NCBI GenBank assembly: GCA_964016885.1
Contig: OZ024743.1
Location: 346,952,001-347,016,000, forward strand
Direction: 5' to 3'
Origin: Eledone cirrhosa
Lineage: Eukaryota
Length of the DNA stretch: 64,000 nt
Shown here piece by piece: positions 39,030-52,014 of the stretch; position 1 is the first letter of the stretch, and every line of letters starts with the position of its first letter. The notes under the pieces were generated by a model. It worked only from the letters and a program-made list of their open reading frames with translations. It did not search any database and was not told the DNA's origin. A program made the translations under genes and the position numbers.

Positions 39030-39524
39030 GTTTTTTTGAGAAAAAAATTATTTTTTTTCAAAATAAAGTTCAAATATTTGGGCCAAAAGGCCCAAATATT
39101 ATGAGTTATTCCTTCACAGGATACAAATTAATGTCTTATAATGCTTCAGCGGTACAAAAAATAAACAATTCTCTACAATTAATCCTCAAAAATTGCTTAC
39201 TCACGGAGCTTCAAAAAACGTACATCCACTTTCGTCAATAATAATAATAATAATAATAATGATTTCTTTATTAACCACAAGGGTTTACATAAAGTAGACA
39301 TTAAGGACAGTGCAGGACAATGCAGGACGGTACAAATGGGCATTTCTGCGTGTAAAAAAAAACAAAAATAGAGGATGTAACAAAAATAACAATGAAAATA
39401 ACAATGAAAAATTCCCCAATAGGGGGGAGACTTCGGAGGGACATTTGTGGAGAAAGCCCAGTAAAAAGCCACAATGACCCTGACCACCAAGGCAAGTGCC
39501 CTCTCCCAGTTTTCCACCTTTAGT

Positions 39525-42500
39525 TTACAGATATATACTCAGAGTCGGCCCATTCACTCGGGCCATTCTTGCTTCTCTCACCCATCTTTCAACAAAATGC
39601 TGGGATGAGAGCACTTCCTTCTCTACTCTGATTTTCCTTTTCAAATGAAATTTGAAAAAGTCAATCAGAGCATCACCGAAGAGGTAAGTGCTCGTCTTCA
39701 GCCCTTTCAAACGTGTCCACCATACTATCTCTTTCGCCATGGCCACCAGACAGATAAAAACTGCCTGCCCTTCCCGGCTAAAGGAGGAGGGCGGGGCAAT
39801 CCTCACGATAGACTCAGATGATAGCTGGATCCGTCCTAAACGCGACAGCAGGTGTTCGACATAAACCCACAAGTCAGCAATTTTCGGACACTGGACGAGT
39901 GCGTGCAGGACGGTTTCGTCGCCCTGCGCGCATCTCGGACATGCCCGGCTGACGGCACCTCCATGCCTGTAGAGTTTATCCCGAACTGGCAAGGCTCCTC
40001 GGTAGCACTGCCAGGCCAGAGATTTCTGGAAGTTGTCCATAGGCCCCGGCCCGAAGGTTCTTCCGAAGAGATTGGCTAGTTGATTTTCGTCGACGCCTAG
40101 AGTTTCCCCAAGTACGTCGTCGCTCTTCCCCTCCACTAATCCTCTATAGAACGCCGAGGTGGAGTTTCCACCGATCACATTGCCCGATTGGTCGAGGGCT
40201 GTGAGCGCCTGAAGACATTCCAGTCTCCAGGCGCTCCCTCTCGGTCTTCGCTTGACCCAGGACTGCAGCTCCGTCAAGGAAACGAGCTGGGGAAAAACGC
40301 GTCTAGCAAACGGCGACCACACCTGATCACCGTCGAGGAAGAGGTGGAGATGTCGTAGCCTGAGCGCGTGCCTGCGCATCATCAGCCACGGCATGCCCAG
40401 CCCTCCACGTAGCGGGTGTTGACAACAGATGGACCGCCTGACCATCGGAGCACGTCCCTTCCACAAAAAGCGAAAGAGCAAACGCTCCAGCGCAGTCAGG
40501 CGAGGCTTAGGACAAGGTACGACGGTTAGGCGGTAGCAGATGACAGACGCGATGTACGCGTTAGCCACCTCCGCTCGACCTTTCAGGGATAGCTTCCTCT
40601 CCGCCCATTTCTGGGTGAGAGAAGCCACCCTGCTCGTCACCTCGTCCCAGTTTTTGTCCGTCTGGAGGTCCGGACCGAACCAGACCCCTAGCAATTTAAC
40701 CGGTCCGTCCGTCCAGCGCCCGACGACGCTGTTGGACGGCATGGACCTGCCTCTCCAGGTGCCGAGCTGCAGGCCCACTGACTTTTCCTGGTTGATCATT
40801 GCTCCTGTCACCGCTTCGTATTCTCTTAGTGTAGTGCCGATCGCCTCGATGTGTTTGGCGTTCGACACCACTACGGTGACATCGTCCGCATATGCTGACA
40901 CGGATCTTCCGCATCCTAGTTCGCGCGGGACTCCCCTCAACGTCTCCAGTTTGTGCAGTAATGGCTCGAGAGTCAATACGTACAAGAGGGACGAGAGGGG
41001 ACATCCTTGGCGGACCGAGCGCATGATGTTGAACGGTTCCGACAGGTGACCGTTCACTCTCACCACAGAGCAGATGTCGCTGTGCATGGCAGCGATCCAG
41101 CCTCTGAAGACGGGCCCAAAGCCAGCCGCCCTCAGGACTGCCGCTAGGTAACGATGGTCGACCCTATCGAAAGCTTTCGACTGATCTAAATTGATCAAGG
41201 ACCCACCCGTGCCAGGTTCCCTAGCTACCCTCTCTACGATGTATCGCATGAGGTGGAGGTTGTCGTGGATGGATCTGTCGGGAATGGCGCATGTCTGCGC
41301 CTCTCCCACCAGACCACCAACGACAAGCGCCAACCTCTTTGCTAGCACCTTGGCCAAAATCTTAAACTCTGTGTTTAGCAGAGTTATGGGCCGGAAATTT
41401 TCTATGTTATCCCCCTTGTTCGGATCCTTTCTCAGCAGTGCCACCGCTCCTCGGCTCACAGAACTGGGAATTCTCCCGTTCTGTTGCCAGTTGCAGTAGA
41501 CGTCCGCCAAGAGGCCTCCGAACAAGTCTGGCATCTGTACGTAAAGTTCATAGGGCAGACCATCCAAACCAGGCGATTTACCCCTTGTGCAGCCAGTCAT
41601 TGCCTCCCGTACTTCAGCGGCTGTTATCGGCTTTTCGCAACACCTCGCCTCAGTGGCCGAGAGCCGCGGCAGTCCGTCGAGGTAGACACTAAAGTCCATC
41701 CCTCTACCCGGCCCCCCGCTGCCCCCGAACAGCTGAGCGAAGTGTCGCTGAAAAGCTTCACACATTTGCCCGGGATCGAGTAGCATGCGCCCGTCGTGGT
41801 CCACCAAAGACCGGATCGTGGCTTTGTTGCCACGACGCGCCTCCGCCACTCGGGCCCATTGAACGGCTTTCGTCCCCTCGTGTCTGAGAGCACGCACCCT
41901 AGCTCTGACAACGCAGCCTTCGTGCTTTGCATTGAAGAATTGGTCAAGGGCCAATTTCGCCGCAAGCACGTCGGTCGCAATGCCTTTGCTAAGCGCCTCG
42001 TCTAATTTTCTAACTAGTTCTCCCTCTGCTCTATTTTTCTCTATTGCTAAAGCCTTACTAAACCTAATCGATTCTATTCTAATCGCTCTTTTCAGAGCAA
42101 ACCACCACTTGTTGTTGACGATGGCCCCCGTCAACGCCCGCTTAACTAGTTCGCTAATCCGGTCTCTGTAGGCCTTGCGCGCTGGTAAGGACGCGTTTAG
42201 CTTCCAGTAGCCGGGTCCTCGTCTATGAAGCCTATCTAAGTCAAGCACACAGGTCACGAATTTGTGGTCCGTGTAGCTGACTATCTTGAATTGTGGACAG
42301 CCTATGCTAGACCTATCTATTTCCCTACAAAATACTCTATCTAGATATGATCTGGATGACCCTATGCGGTTTGTCCAAGTCCACATTGGCACATTCGGGA
42401 AATCCAATCGGTACCTGTCAGACAGTTCAAAACGCCTGAGCAGGTTGGTGAGGCTCTTGCACCCTCCACCCCTATCCGCTAATCCCACACAGTCCCAGCG

Positions 42501-42944
42501 TGCATCTAAGATCCCGTTCCAGTCGCCCACTAACACTAAAGAGCGGGACGTTCCAAGAAAGGTCTCCAGACGCCGGAAGAAATCAGGCCGCCCTGCTCCT
42601 GTCGGGGCATAGACGGCCACTAGCCTGAAAGCTTGCCCGTCTCCGCTGGTCACGTCCAGCACCACCAGCTTACCCTCTGGGTCCAGGAAGATGGCCCGTA
42701 TGGCGAGATCCAAACCTCTCCGAAAAAGCACAGCAACTCCTCCACCCGATCCAGGACGGCTGGGAGATGCGTACACATCGTAGCCGCCGAAGATCGGTGC
42801 GAAGGCCCGTGCTTCGGAGATTCTGGTCTCGCTGATGGCCACTACATCTATGTTTAGTGACCTGAGGTCGTTGAGCAGGTGACCCTGCTTCCATGACGAC
42901 CCCAAGCCACGCGCATTTATGCTGCCTATTCTGAGTGAGGTCAT
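39525..42944 (-). CDS. Tx1-like ORF2 (APE + RT), copy C
   Basis: 1139 aa; SINARGL, ISETR, TDHK, DQSKAFDRV, AYADD, CPRC..H..C; clearly homologous to A/B. Confidence 0.95.
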   Translation of the reverse strand: MTSLRIGSINARGLGSSWKQGHLLNDLRSLNIDVVAISETRISEARAFAPIFGGYDVYASPSRPGSGGGVAVLFRRGLDLAIRAIFLDPEGKLVVLDVTSGDGQAFRLVAVYAPTGAGRPDFFRRLETFLGTSRSLVLVGDWNGILDARWDCVGLADRGGGCKSLTNLLRRFELSDRYRLDFPNVPMWTWTNRIGSSRSYLDRVFCREIDRSSIGCPQFKIVSYTDHKFVTCVLDLDRLHRRGPGYWKLNASLPARKAYRDRISELVKRALTGAIVNNKWWFALKRAIRIESIRFSKALAIEKNRAEGELVRKLDEALSKGIATDVLAAKLALDQFFNAKHEGCVVRARVRALRHEGTKAVQWARVAEARRGNKATIRSLVDHDGRMLLDPGQMCEAFQRHFAQLFGGSGGPGRGMDFSVYLDGLPRLSATEARCCEKPITAAEVREAMTGCTRGKSPGLDGLPYELYVQMPDLFGGLLADVYCNWQQNGRIPSSVSRGAVALLRKDPNKGDNIENFRPITLLNTEFKILAKVLAKRLALVVGGLVGEAQTCAIPDRSIHDNLHLMRYIVERVAREPGTGGSLINLDQSKAFDRVDHRYLAAVLRAAGFGPVFRGWIAAMHSDICSVVRVNGHLSEPFNIMRSVRQGCPLSSLLYVLTLEPLLHKLETLRGVPRELGCGRSVSAYADDVTVVVSNAKHIEAIGTTLREYEAVTGAMINQEKSVGLQLGTWRGRSMPSNSVVGRWTDGPVKLLGVWFGPDLQTDKNWDEVTSRVASLTQKWAERKLSLKGRAEVANAYIASVICYRLTVVPCPKPRLTALERLLFRFLWKGRAPMVRRSICCQHPLRGGLGMPWLMMRRHALRLRHLHLFLDGDQVWSPFARRVFPQLVSLTELQSWVKRRPRGSAWRLECLQALTALDQSGNVIGGNSTSAFYRGLVEGKSDDVLGETLGVDENQLANLFGRTFGPGPMDNFQKSLAWQCYRGALPVRDKLYRHGGAVSRACPRCAQGDETVLHALVQCPKIADLWVYVEHLLSRLGRIQLSSESIVRIAPPSSFSREGQAVFICLVAMAKEIVWWTRLKGLKTSTYLFGDALIDFFKFHLKRKIRVEKEVLSSQHFVERWVREARMARVNGPTLSIYL

Positions 42945-42979
42945 GTTTAAAATAGAGTGGAAAAGATGGGAAAGACCAC

Positions 42980-45058
42980 TTACCGTACTTTTGATAGAGG
43001 AGGGATGGTTTTTACATCCCTTTTCACTTGATCGTCTGGTGAAGGGACCGTTGAATCGTCCCTTCGGCTGGTCGTCGGCTCTTCTAAGAGAATGTCTGAG
43101 TATACTCTTCGATTGATGGTTCCTCCTAGGTCCCTGAAATCACCAACTGCGTTGGGGAATTTCGTTTTAATGTTTGTGTATTGTTTCTGTGCTATTTTTA
43201 GCAGTCTTATGTTAGTTGGCGTTTTGATTGGTGCTGGTATTATGTAGTCCTGTTGTGAAATGTCTGTGTGTTCAATTATGTAAGTCATTAGTTTCTTGTT
43301 GTGTGTATTTATTGCCGTGCATTTGTTTTTCTGGGGGTGGGGTGTGGTTCTACTATTTTCTTGTCGTTGTTGCTGGGTGTGTGTGTTTTGTTGTTGTGTT
43401 TGCGATGTTGGTGCTTGTGGTGGTGGTGTTAAAGGTGTTGTTGGCGGTGGTGATGGTGGTGCTAGTGTGGGTGGTGATGGTGTTGGTGTTGTTGCTGCTG
43501 TGGGTCTCTTTGCAGTAGACTTTACCCTTTTCTCATTTCTTTCCTCCCTTTTCAAAGGCGACGATGCGCTGCTTCTGCGTTTGTGCCTTCTTACGACCTT
43601 TTGCCATCTCTCTCCCACCTCACACTCCATGTCTGATTCTGTGAGGTCGGGGAGGGGTACCAGCTCCACTCTTTCACTTGTTGTTGGTGATGTTTGCACT
43701 GGAGTCTCTGTTGCAGCTGCATTTGGTATTGCTGTTGTTGTTGTTAATATTTCCACTGCTGCTGCTGTTTTTGATTTCCGTGGAGTGGGTATGGGTGCCA
43801 CGGACCTATCGTTCCTGGTTGCCGCTTGTCCTGTTGCTGGTAGCCGTGGAGCCGGATTCGGAAGGAGGGGGGTTTTCTCCTTTCTCAGGGTCTTCTGGTT
43901 GCAGAAGGCCCTGAGGTGAGTCTTCGATCCACAGCGAAAGCATTTCGGGCGTTTGCCCTCAACACTTATGGGCAGTTGAATGCCGTTATCGAAGTCTATC
44001 ACATCCGGGATAGCTTCGATGCACTCCTGGTTGGTTTGGATTAGCATCTCAATGGAGGAGCCGACCCAATCTTCTCTTACTTTTTTCTGTACTTGCAGTA
44101 CAGTTGTTTTGTCCTCGATTCCGACGAGGACAGACGCGGCCAGCCAAGAAGGGGTCATTCCGGGGGGGACGTGGGTCAGTTTGACCCTCACAATTTTTTG
44201 CCCACAGTAGGAGGGCACCAACACCATTTCCTCGCTCCTTAGGGTCACTACTGATTGGGCCTTTGCCTCCTGGGGTGTGGCAAAAAGTACGTCTACGGTG
44301 GCATATTTTTTGCCTCGGGTGATGTGCGTTTTCCGCTGCCACACAGACCCCAAGGCTTTTTGTATTTGGGCCTCTGTGGCTCTTTCCACCCTACGGGATT
44401 TTGTACTTACTGTACGGTACGTGACCGTACAGTGCTCTTGGGTTTCGAAAAAATTTTCCGCTGCCTTGCAGATTGCTCGGTGTCCGTTCTTTGTCACCAT
44501 CTTCTTCGCTTCCTCTAATTCCTCATTTGTTATGAGGATTGTTTCCAAGTTTTTCGCAATACCTGCAAATGAGATTGGTTTTTCTCTGCTGTTGTTGTTG
44601 TCGTCAGAGCTGCTGGTACTTTTGTTGTTGCTGCAGGTACTACGACTACTGCCTCCGCCGCTGTTGCTGTGGTTGTTGTTGGTGTTGCTGCTGCTAATGC
44701 TGTTGTTGTTTATGCTGCTGGTGATGCTGTTGCGGCTGCTACTGTTGTTTTCATTGTCACTGTTGCTGTTGTTATTACGGCTGCTACTGCTATTATTCCT
44801 GACGTCAGACGAATGAACTGGGTTTTCGTATTTCCCGCACACCTGTTTCGTCGCTGTCGTCGTCGTCGTGGAGAAACTTTGCACGCTTTGCACGAGACTT
44901 TTCTTTTCTTTCGTCACTTGCGAAAGAGAAGGGAGGGAGAGAGACACATTTAAAGAAGGGAGGGAGAGAGACAATCTTCTCTCTGCTGTAGTGATGATTG
45001 AGGAAGAAGAAGACGGAATGAGTGGGAGTGACGTATGAAATTTCTTTTTCGTAGCCAT
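42980..45058 (-). CDS. Tx1-like ORF1, copy C
   Basis: 692 aa; CFRCGSKTHLRAFC knuckle; only the central region aligns with A/B ORF1. Confidence 0.88.
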   Translation of the reverse strand: MATKKKFHTSLPLIPSSSSSIITTAERRLSLSLPSLNVSLSLPSLSQVTKEKKSLVQSVQSFSTTTTTATKQVCGKYENPVHSSDVRNNSSSSRNNNSNSDNENNSSSRNSITSSINNNSISSSNTNNNHSNSGGGSSRSTCSNNKSTSSSDDNNNSREKPISFAGIAKNLETILITNEELEEAKKMVTKNGHRAICKAAENFFETQEHCTVTYRTVSTKSRRVERATEAQIQKALGSVWQRKTHITRGKKYATVDVLFATPQEAKAQSVVTLRSEEMVLVPSYCGQKIVRVKLTHVPPGMTPSWLAASVLVGIEDKTTVLQVQKKVREDWVGSSIEMLIQTNQECIEAIPDVIDFDNGIQLPISVEGKRPKCFRCGSKTHLRAFCNQKTLRKEKTPLLPNPAPRLPATGQAATRNDRSVAPIPTPRKSKTAAAVEILTTTTAIPNAAATETPVQTSPTTSERVELVPLPDLTESDMECEVGERWQKVVRRHKRRSSASSPLKREERNEKRVKSTAKRPTAATTPTPSPPTLAPPSPPPTTPLTPPPQAPTSQTQQQNTHTQQQRQENSRTTPHPQKNKCTAINTHNKKLMTYIIEHTDISQQDYIIPAPIKTPTNIRLLKIAQKQYTNIKTKFPNAVGDFRDLGGTINRRVYSDILLEEPTTSRRDDSTVPSPDDQVKRDVKTIPPLSKVR

Positions 45059-45696
45059 GTTGTTTTTTGTTTAAAATGAATATTGGGTACAAAACCCCAA
45101 TAACTGGTTATTTAGCCCCGAAGGGCCAAATAACGGACAGAAAGACCCCTCTCACGAGGAGGAGGGTGTCTTTATCAACAATTTGGTTCAAGTTTTAAAC
45201 AATTTACAATTGTTTTAACGGTTAAAAATTACTATACCTTACAGAGCCGAGCCTCCGTCAACCATGGCATTCAATAATAATAATAATAATAATAATTCTG
45301 TCTTTAATAACAATAATCACAGATTGGTTATAATTATAATAACAAATGGCTAATATTTTGACACTGTAGGAGAAAGTTTAACCTATAATGTAGCTTCATG
45401 TCATATAACAGCTCCTTAAAACGAACAACAACAACATCAGCAGCAGTATCAACAACAAGATCAACAACAACAACATAGCTCATTTGGAAGACATTTCACA
45501 GCCCATATCCCAGCATGCCAACATATTCTGTTGGAAACATTAAACTACTTTTGAATGCCATAAAAATATTTAATCTTCGAGCCAGGCTTAACAACATGCC
45601 ATATCTGGAAGAACTAACGTTCCCTTAAAGGATTTCTCGCGAAAATTCCGGACGATAAATTAAGTAAATGTCAATTTGTAAAACGCAGACATACAG

Positions 45697-45735
<39 letters not shown>

Positions 45736-46753
45736 TACATATATAGACAAACACACACACACTCTCACATACATTCATATCAACACGCACAGATATGCAT
45801 ACTTACAAACAATCTCACTCTTCAGAAACATGTATGTATGTTCACAGGCAATCATATATACATAGGCTCGGCATGCATATGAAGCTTCTACACAAACATA
45901 ATATACAATATTATATGTTTTTCTCGTTTGTATTATGACAAGTCTTGTCAAAGTTAGAGATATGTTAAAGATATTTTTGTACCTCTTCTCAATTAATTTT
46001 ACATTTTTTTCCCATAGCTGTTGTACATACATGTATCGGTCAAATATATGTCAGGAGGACTTTACGCTGGTTACTAAATAAGATATACAGCGTTTGACGA
46101 GAGAATTTCACTTTACATTTTCTAGATCTGAAAATTTGGTTATTGGATTTTGAGATAACATTTGTTGGGGAAGTTGAGTAGTGTGAACGAGTTACACAAA
46201 CCTTCGTATTAAGTTTCTTTTCAACCAGTACTTTCCAATCCATGCTCTACGAAGGACACCATTAACTCAATTTTCTAGTAGAATAAAAGCTTTTAAAATG
46301 TTTATCTACTCACCAGTGTCGCGGACCCTCAGTTTTTTAGATACGTGAGAACCAGTGATATAAGTTATCCTATATAACATTCTGTGAATGCTATGTGGAG
46401 CTTGCGTTTTCCTAGTTTTAGAATGTTCAATCCATCCTTATTCATGTATTGTCACCACAAACTGGTAAATTAAAGAATTTGTTCGGAGGATTGTCTCTTC
46501 TTTATATTTCCTTTCATTGATAACACTTATGAAAATATGGCAGCCAAATTCGTTTCAAAAATACAAGGCAAAGTTTGGTTAATTATTTTAAACATTACGA
46601 GGTTAAGTATATACTGATAGATGAATACCGGATATGAGAGCAAAGAAAATACTATTTGGTAGTTAAATCTACACTATTCTTTATCCACCTGCTCATTAAG
46701 GCGAATACTTTTTTTAAATATTCATAAATTAATTATCGTTATTCTTGATCATT

Positions 46754-46929
46754 GGTGGATTGGCAGTATCAGTAGAAGGTCGGACGACATGCTTTGATCA
46801 AAGAGTTACACCCCTTTCCATTCTGAGTTCAAATCCCGCCGATATTAAGTTTGCCTTCCATCCTTACGGGGTCGATAAAATAAAGTACCAGTAATGCACT
46901 GACCTTGTACCAAATGTAGAAACAATTAT
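46754..46929 (+). mobile_element. tRNA-derived SINE family 2 copy
   Basis: ggtggattggcagtatc..gagttcaaatcccgcc..gccttccatccttacggggtcgataaaataaagtacc. Confidence 0.8.
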
Positions 46930-47394
46930 TTTCCTTTCTATTTTTGTGCCAGAAATTAAAGGAGTTGAAATATGTATGTCTACATGCATTGTTTTATGGC
47001 TACTACATTTGATGACAGGCATATATACGACAACCCCTAAATGAATTAGCGGAGACAACTGCATACTTTCAGTGATCATCATGTTGATTATTGTACGAGA
47101 CATTGTCAAAAGAAATTGACCTTCTTCCTTTCTGAACCAAGGGAGTTACATATTGCACATGGTTAAATATTTCAGATTAACTGATTTCGTGAACATTAAT
47201 TAATTGTGAATATCATCTTTTTACGAGAGTATAATGAAAAGAAAAAATGAACAGATTTACAACAGAACTGAAATCTGTATACCAACAGGAACATCAGATA
47301 AGAAATCTTAGCAAACAACTAAAGAGTAAATTTATATGGTGTTTCGAGAGAACTCCTGTACAATACTACTAAAAAATGTGTGCTCAAGCATTTT

Positions 47395-47487
<93 letters not shown>

Positions 47488-47511
47488 TACACCCCCCCCA
47501 CACACACACAC

Positions 47512-47548
<37 letters not shown>

Positions 47549-48236
47549 ATCCGCGACAAACCAAGAGAGAGTTTAGTTACGAAGAGATCTACAGCAGATT
47601 TAAACACACTGAGACTATTTAAATTGGCCTACTAGCCGCATACGATCCGTTGCGTGAATAATAATAAGTCAAAACCGCTATTTAGCTTCAGTATATTCCA
47701 AACAATATTCATTTCGTAAAACCCATCTACTACGAGTAAAATTGAGAGACATACTCTACCATTCTGCCTAAATGGTGCAAATCCTTGAGTACTCCAGAAT
47801 GTTAAATGCTCCTAAATATATATATATATATATATATACATATACTTAACGTAGACATCACTGTAGTCACGAGAGGGTCGTGATTAATCTTTGTGTTAGA
47901 TGAGAAAGTGGGAATATAGATGATGCATCAACCCTTAATACATTTCCTAGAGAAAAAGGTCAGGGAGTCAATCATTGAAAAACGATATTTGATCATTGTC
48001 TCTGTATGACGGCGAAGCCAGTAAGTGAAGATACCTACTAGCTGTGCTGTGGGTTAGCTTTAAATGAATAAACGGAATTCCATTCCAGTATTTCGAGAGG
48101 ACGTTAGTCTTTAGCGCCAACTAAATTCCCTCTCAGTAAATAAATGCAGGGATTGAGGGAGTTAAGTTTTAATTTGCGAGGCTCTGTTGCATCTAGGTAA
48201 CGGACACATGCACAGAAAAAATTGATATATATATGC

Positions 48237-48273
<37 letters not shown>

Positions 48274-48292
48274 CATATATATATATATATAT

Positions 48293-50502
48293 ATGGCGAG
48301 CCCTAGATTTTGACGGCAAAATTACAGGCACAAACAACACCTTCAACCTGAAATGGAGAGCCTAACCTCCTAAGGTAACCGAATTTGCTCCTTTCGAGAC
48401 GGACCTTCTTGACTTAGTCGCTAACATTTCCTTTCGAAAACACCCTAACACGTTTCAAACTAAACTTAGAAATGATATTAAGAAATTTAGGTCTTCTAAT
48501 AACACCTTCGTCCTTTCCGACAAAACTAATAATATTTACGAAGTCGACAACATCACTTTCCGCCACCTGGCCCATAACACTATTACTTCTATATATAAGA
48601 AAGCTAACCCTATGGCCTACTATGGCATTAATATAGAAGCCAAGGAACTCGCCACCGACTTTGAGGTAGATAAGAAGCTACAATCTCTAGCTAAGCGGGA
48701 GGCGTTCCTCACCCTGAAAGATCACAAGGTAGACTTTACTTCTAACCCCACATGTAGACTAATAAACCCGGCAAGCACAGGTATGGCACTTAGAAACATA
48801 GTTAAGACCATTGAGACCAAGTCCAGCCTGCCCCAGTGGGAGAACAGCGACTCCGTAATTAAGTGGTTTAAGTCCTTAATATCCCAAAAAGCAAAGTTCA
48901 CACAGTTTGACATTGTCGATTTTTACCCGTTCATCTCAGAGACTCTGTTAAACAAAGCGTTGGATTTCACTACCACTTACACCACCGTCGATGGTTTAGA
49001 CAGGGAAATTATCGCTCACTGCCGGAAAACCCTCCTCTTCAACGACAGAGTAGCCTAGGCAAAGAAGTCTACATCTTCAGACCTATTTGACGTCTCCTTG
49101 AGATCGTTAGACAGTGCTGACGTATGTGACTTCGTTGGCCTTTTTATCTTAAACATATTACGTGTTAGATTCCCGGACTTCCACACGGGAATATACCGTG
49201 ACGATGGACTGACTTTAGCGAGTCATAAAAGTGGTCACGACCTCGACCGGTTTAAAAAAGACTTAGCTTCTACCTTAAATGAGTTAGGCCTTAGGATAAC
49301 AGTAGTCACCAACCTCTCTAGTGTAGATTTCTTACGCACACACACCCACAGACCCTGCCATAAGCTAAACGAGAAACTTAATTTCACTCACAAGGACTCA
49401 TGCCACCCTCCCACTGTTTTTAGAAACTTCGTTAAGAATATCAGTACTAGAATCTCAAACCTCTCCTCTAATAAGGTTATCTTTGACAGGGCGGCACCCT
49501 ACTATAACACGGCGTCGGCTAACAGCGGCTTCTCACAACTTATCATCTACTCTCCCACTAGCAACAACACCATTAAGAAAAGAAGCGCATCAATAGACAA
49601 ACTATCTGGTTCTCTCCTCCCTTCTCACTCAACGTTAAAACCAATGTAGGAAAAACATTTCTAGCCCTCTTAGATAGACACTTTCCCATAGGTCATAAAT
49701 ACCGCTCCATCTTTAACCGACACAAAGTTAAAGTAGGATACTCCTGCGCTAAGAACATGAAAGCCCACATCACCAGCAGCCCTAAAGGCACCTCACCAGG
49801 GTGCTCTTACCGTAAGCCTGAAGCTTGCCCCCTTCAACAGCAATGCAACACACCAGCTGTAATCTATAAAGCTGTGGTCACTTCCAAGCGACCAAACGAA
49901 CCACAGGAGGTCAAATCCTATGTGGGCATGGCGGAGGGCCGATTCAAGGAACGTTTCCTGAACCACCAGTCTACATTCAGATACCCGGACAGACGTTCAT
50001 CCAAGAAACACGCGAGCCACGTATGGTCCCTCAAGGACTCAAGTATAGGCTACTCCATTCAATGGAAAGCCATCACTAAGTCCAAGCCATACGCAAGGGG
50101 AAATCCGACGTGTGGCTTATGTATTGACGAACGAATAACTATCCTAAAGAGATTACGCAATAGTGATTGTCTAAACACGAGGAGTGAATTTTTCAGACGT
50201 TGTCCACACGTCACCAAACATCTATTGCAGAACTACAAGGCTCCGGACTAATTCTTTGTAATTTTATTTTTAATTTTTTTAATTTTATTTTCAACCTAAA
50301 AACTTTCCGGACTTTCGCAGTTATCTCCCTTACAGCTCCCGCATGCAGTCTAGTATTGCCTGTGTGAAGTGACCGAGTTTCTGAGCATGCGTGTTCGTAC
50401 GGTTGTTCTTCCTGTTCCTATAACCATACACATCCCGAGTTGAAGATCCGCGAAGGTGAAATAATTGTCCTAGGTATGGTGAACTAACTGTTGTGTAACC
50501 AC

Positions 50503-50505
<3 letters not shown>
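48293..50505 (+). mobile_element. Decayed, 5'-truncated Naiad-type Penelope-like element
   Basis: Broken ORFs with LKDHK..PTCRLINP, FTQFDIVDFYP, GIYRDDG, CPLQQQC..VIYKA..SYVGMAEGRFKERF..CGLC..LNTRSE..CPH; TA repeats at both ends. Confidence 0.9.
50423..50480 (+). ncRNA. Decayed hammerhead motif in the 3' pLTR of the 48293-50505 PLE
   Basis: ACCATAC..AG, TTGAAGA (C3 mutated to T), tCC-gcgaa-GGt, GAAA TAATTG TC, CTAGGTATGGT. Confidence 0.55.
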
Positions 50506-50555
<50 letters not shown>

Positions 50556-50868
50556 TAATACTCCAGTTGCATTTTCGATTTAATCTTTTTTCTTTATAGT
50601 TTCACTCGTGTAGGACACCTCGGTTATTTTTCATTTTGTAAAAAAACCTCACTTTCTAATATATATATATATATATAATATATATATATATATGCATACT
50701 TATAATATATATATTTATGTATTATATATAAACATATGTGTGTGTATGTTTCTATGTGTGTGTCTATGTTTTTATATTTGTGCATAAACAAATTTATATA
50801 TTCTACTCAATACTTTCACACACACACACACATACACACGCGCGCACACATCCCCCCCACCCTCACCC

Positions 50869-51630
<762 letters not shown>

Positions 51631-51910
51631 TCTCGGCTCTGTAAAACACTTGAAAATTTACTTTGAGCCGTTTGTCATACTGGTAACCGGCTAGTACTTA
51701 GTACTATCCTACATATTTATAGTTATATCAAACATATAAATATAAATATAAATATTACTATATATATACGTCTGTGTGTGTTCCTTCGTTATATATATAT
51801 ATATATATAACGAAGGAAGTGTGGTATGGTAAGGAACCAGATGGACCAGAACGCACCAGAAATAGCTGTCGGAACGGCTTGAACTCTGCCGTCGGGGTCA
51901 TGAATATGTT

Positions 51911-52014
<104 letters not shown>

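Larger units (their letters stand above)
33416..39236 (-). mobile_element. Full-length L1/Tx1-clade LINE, copy B (near-identical to A)
   Basis: Same termini as A. Differs by a few substitutions and a 48-bp in-frame indel in ORF1. Bounded by (TAA)n. Confidence 0.93.
39261..45272 (-). mobile_element. Full-length L1/Tx1-clade LINE, copy C (sister family)
   Basis: Two intact ORFs. 3' end AATAAAGAAATC + (ATT)n; 5' end GAATGCC preceded by (ATT)n. UTRs differ from A/B. Confidence 0.93.

Noticed and set aside
28045-44953. Plus-strand ORFs overlapping the Tx1 elements
   Set aside because: Antisense shadows of GC-rich ORF1/ORF2 with no recognisable domains.
48293-50251. Selenocysteine readthrough in the second Naiad-type ORF
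   Set aside because: The interruptions are frameshifts and a TAG (49056-49058), not TGA at conserved Cys positions.
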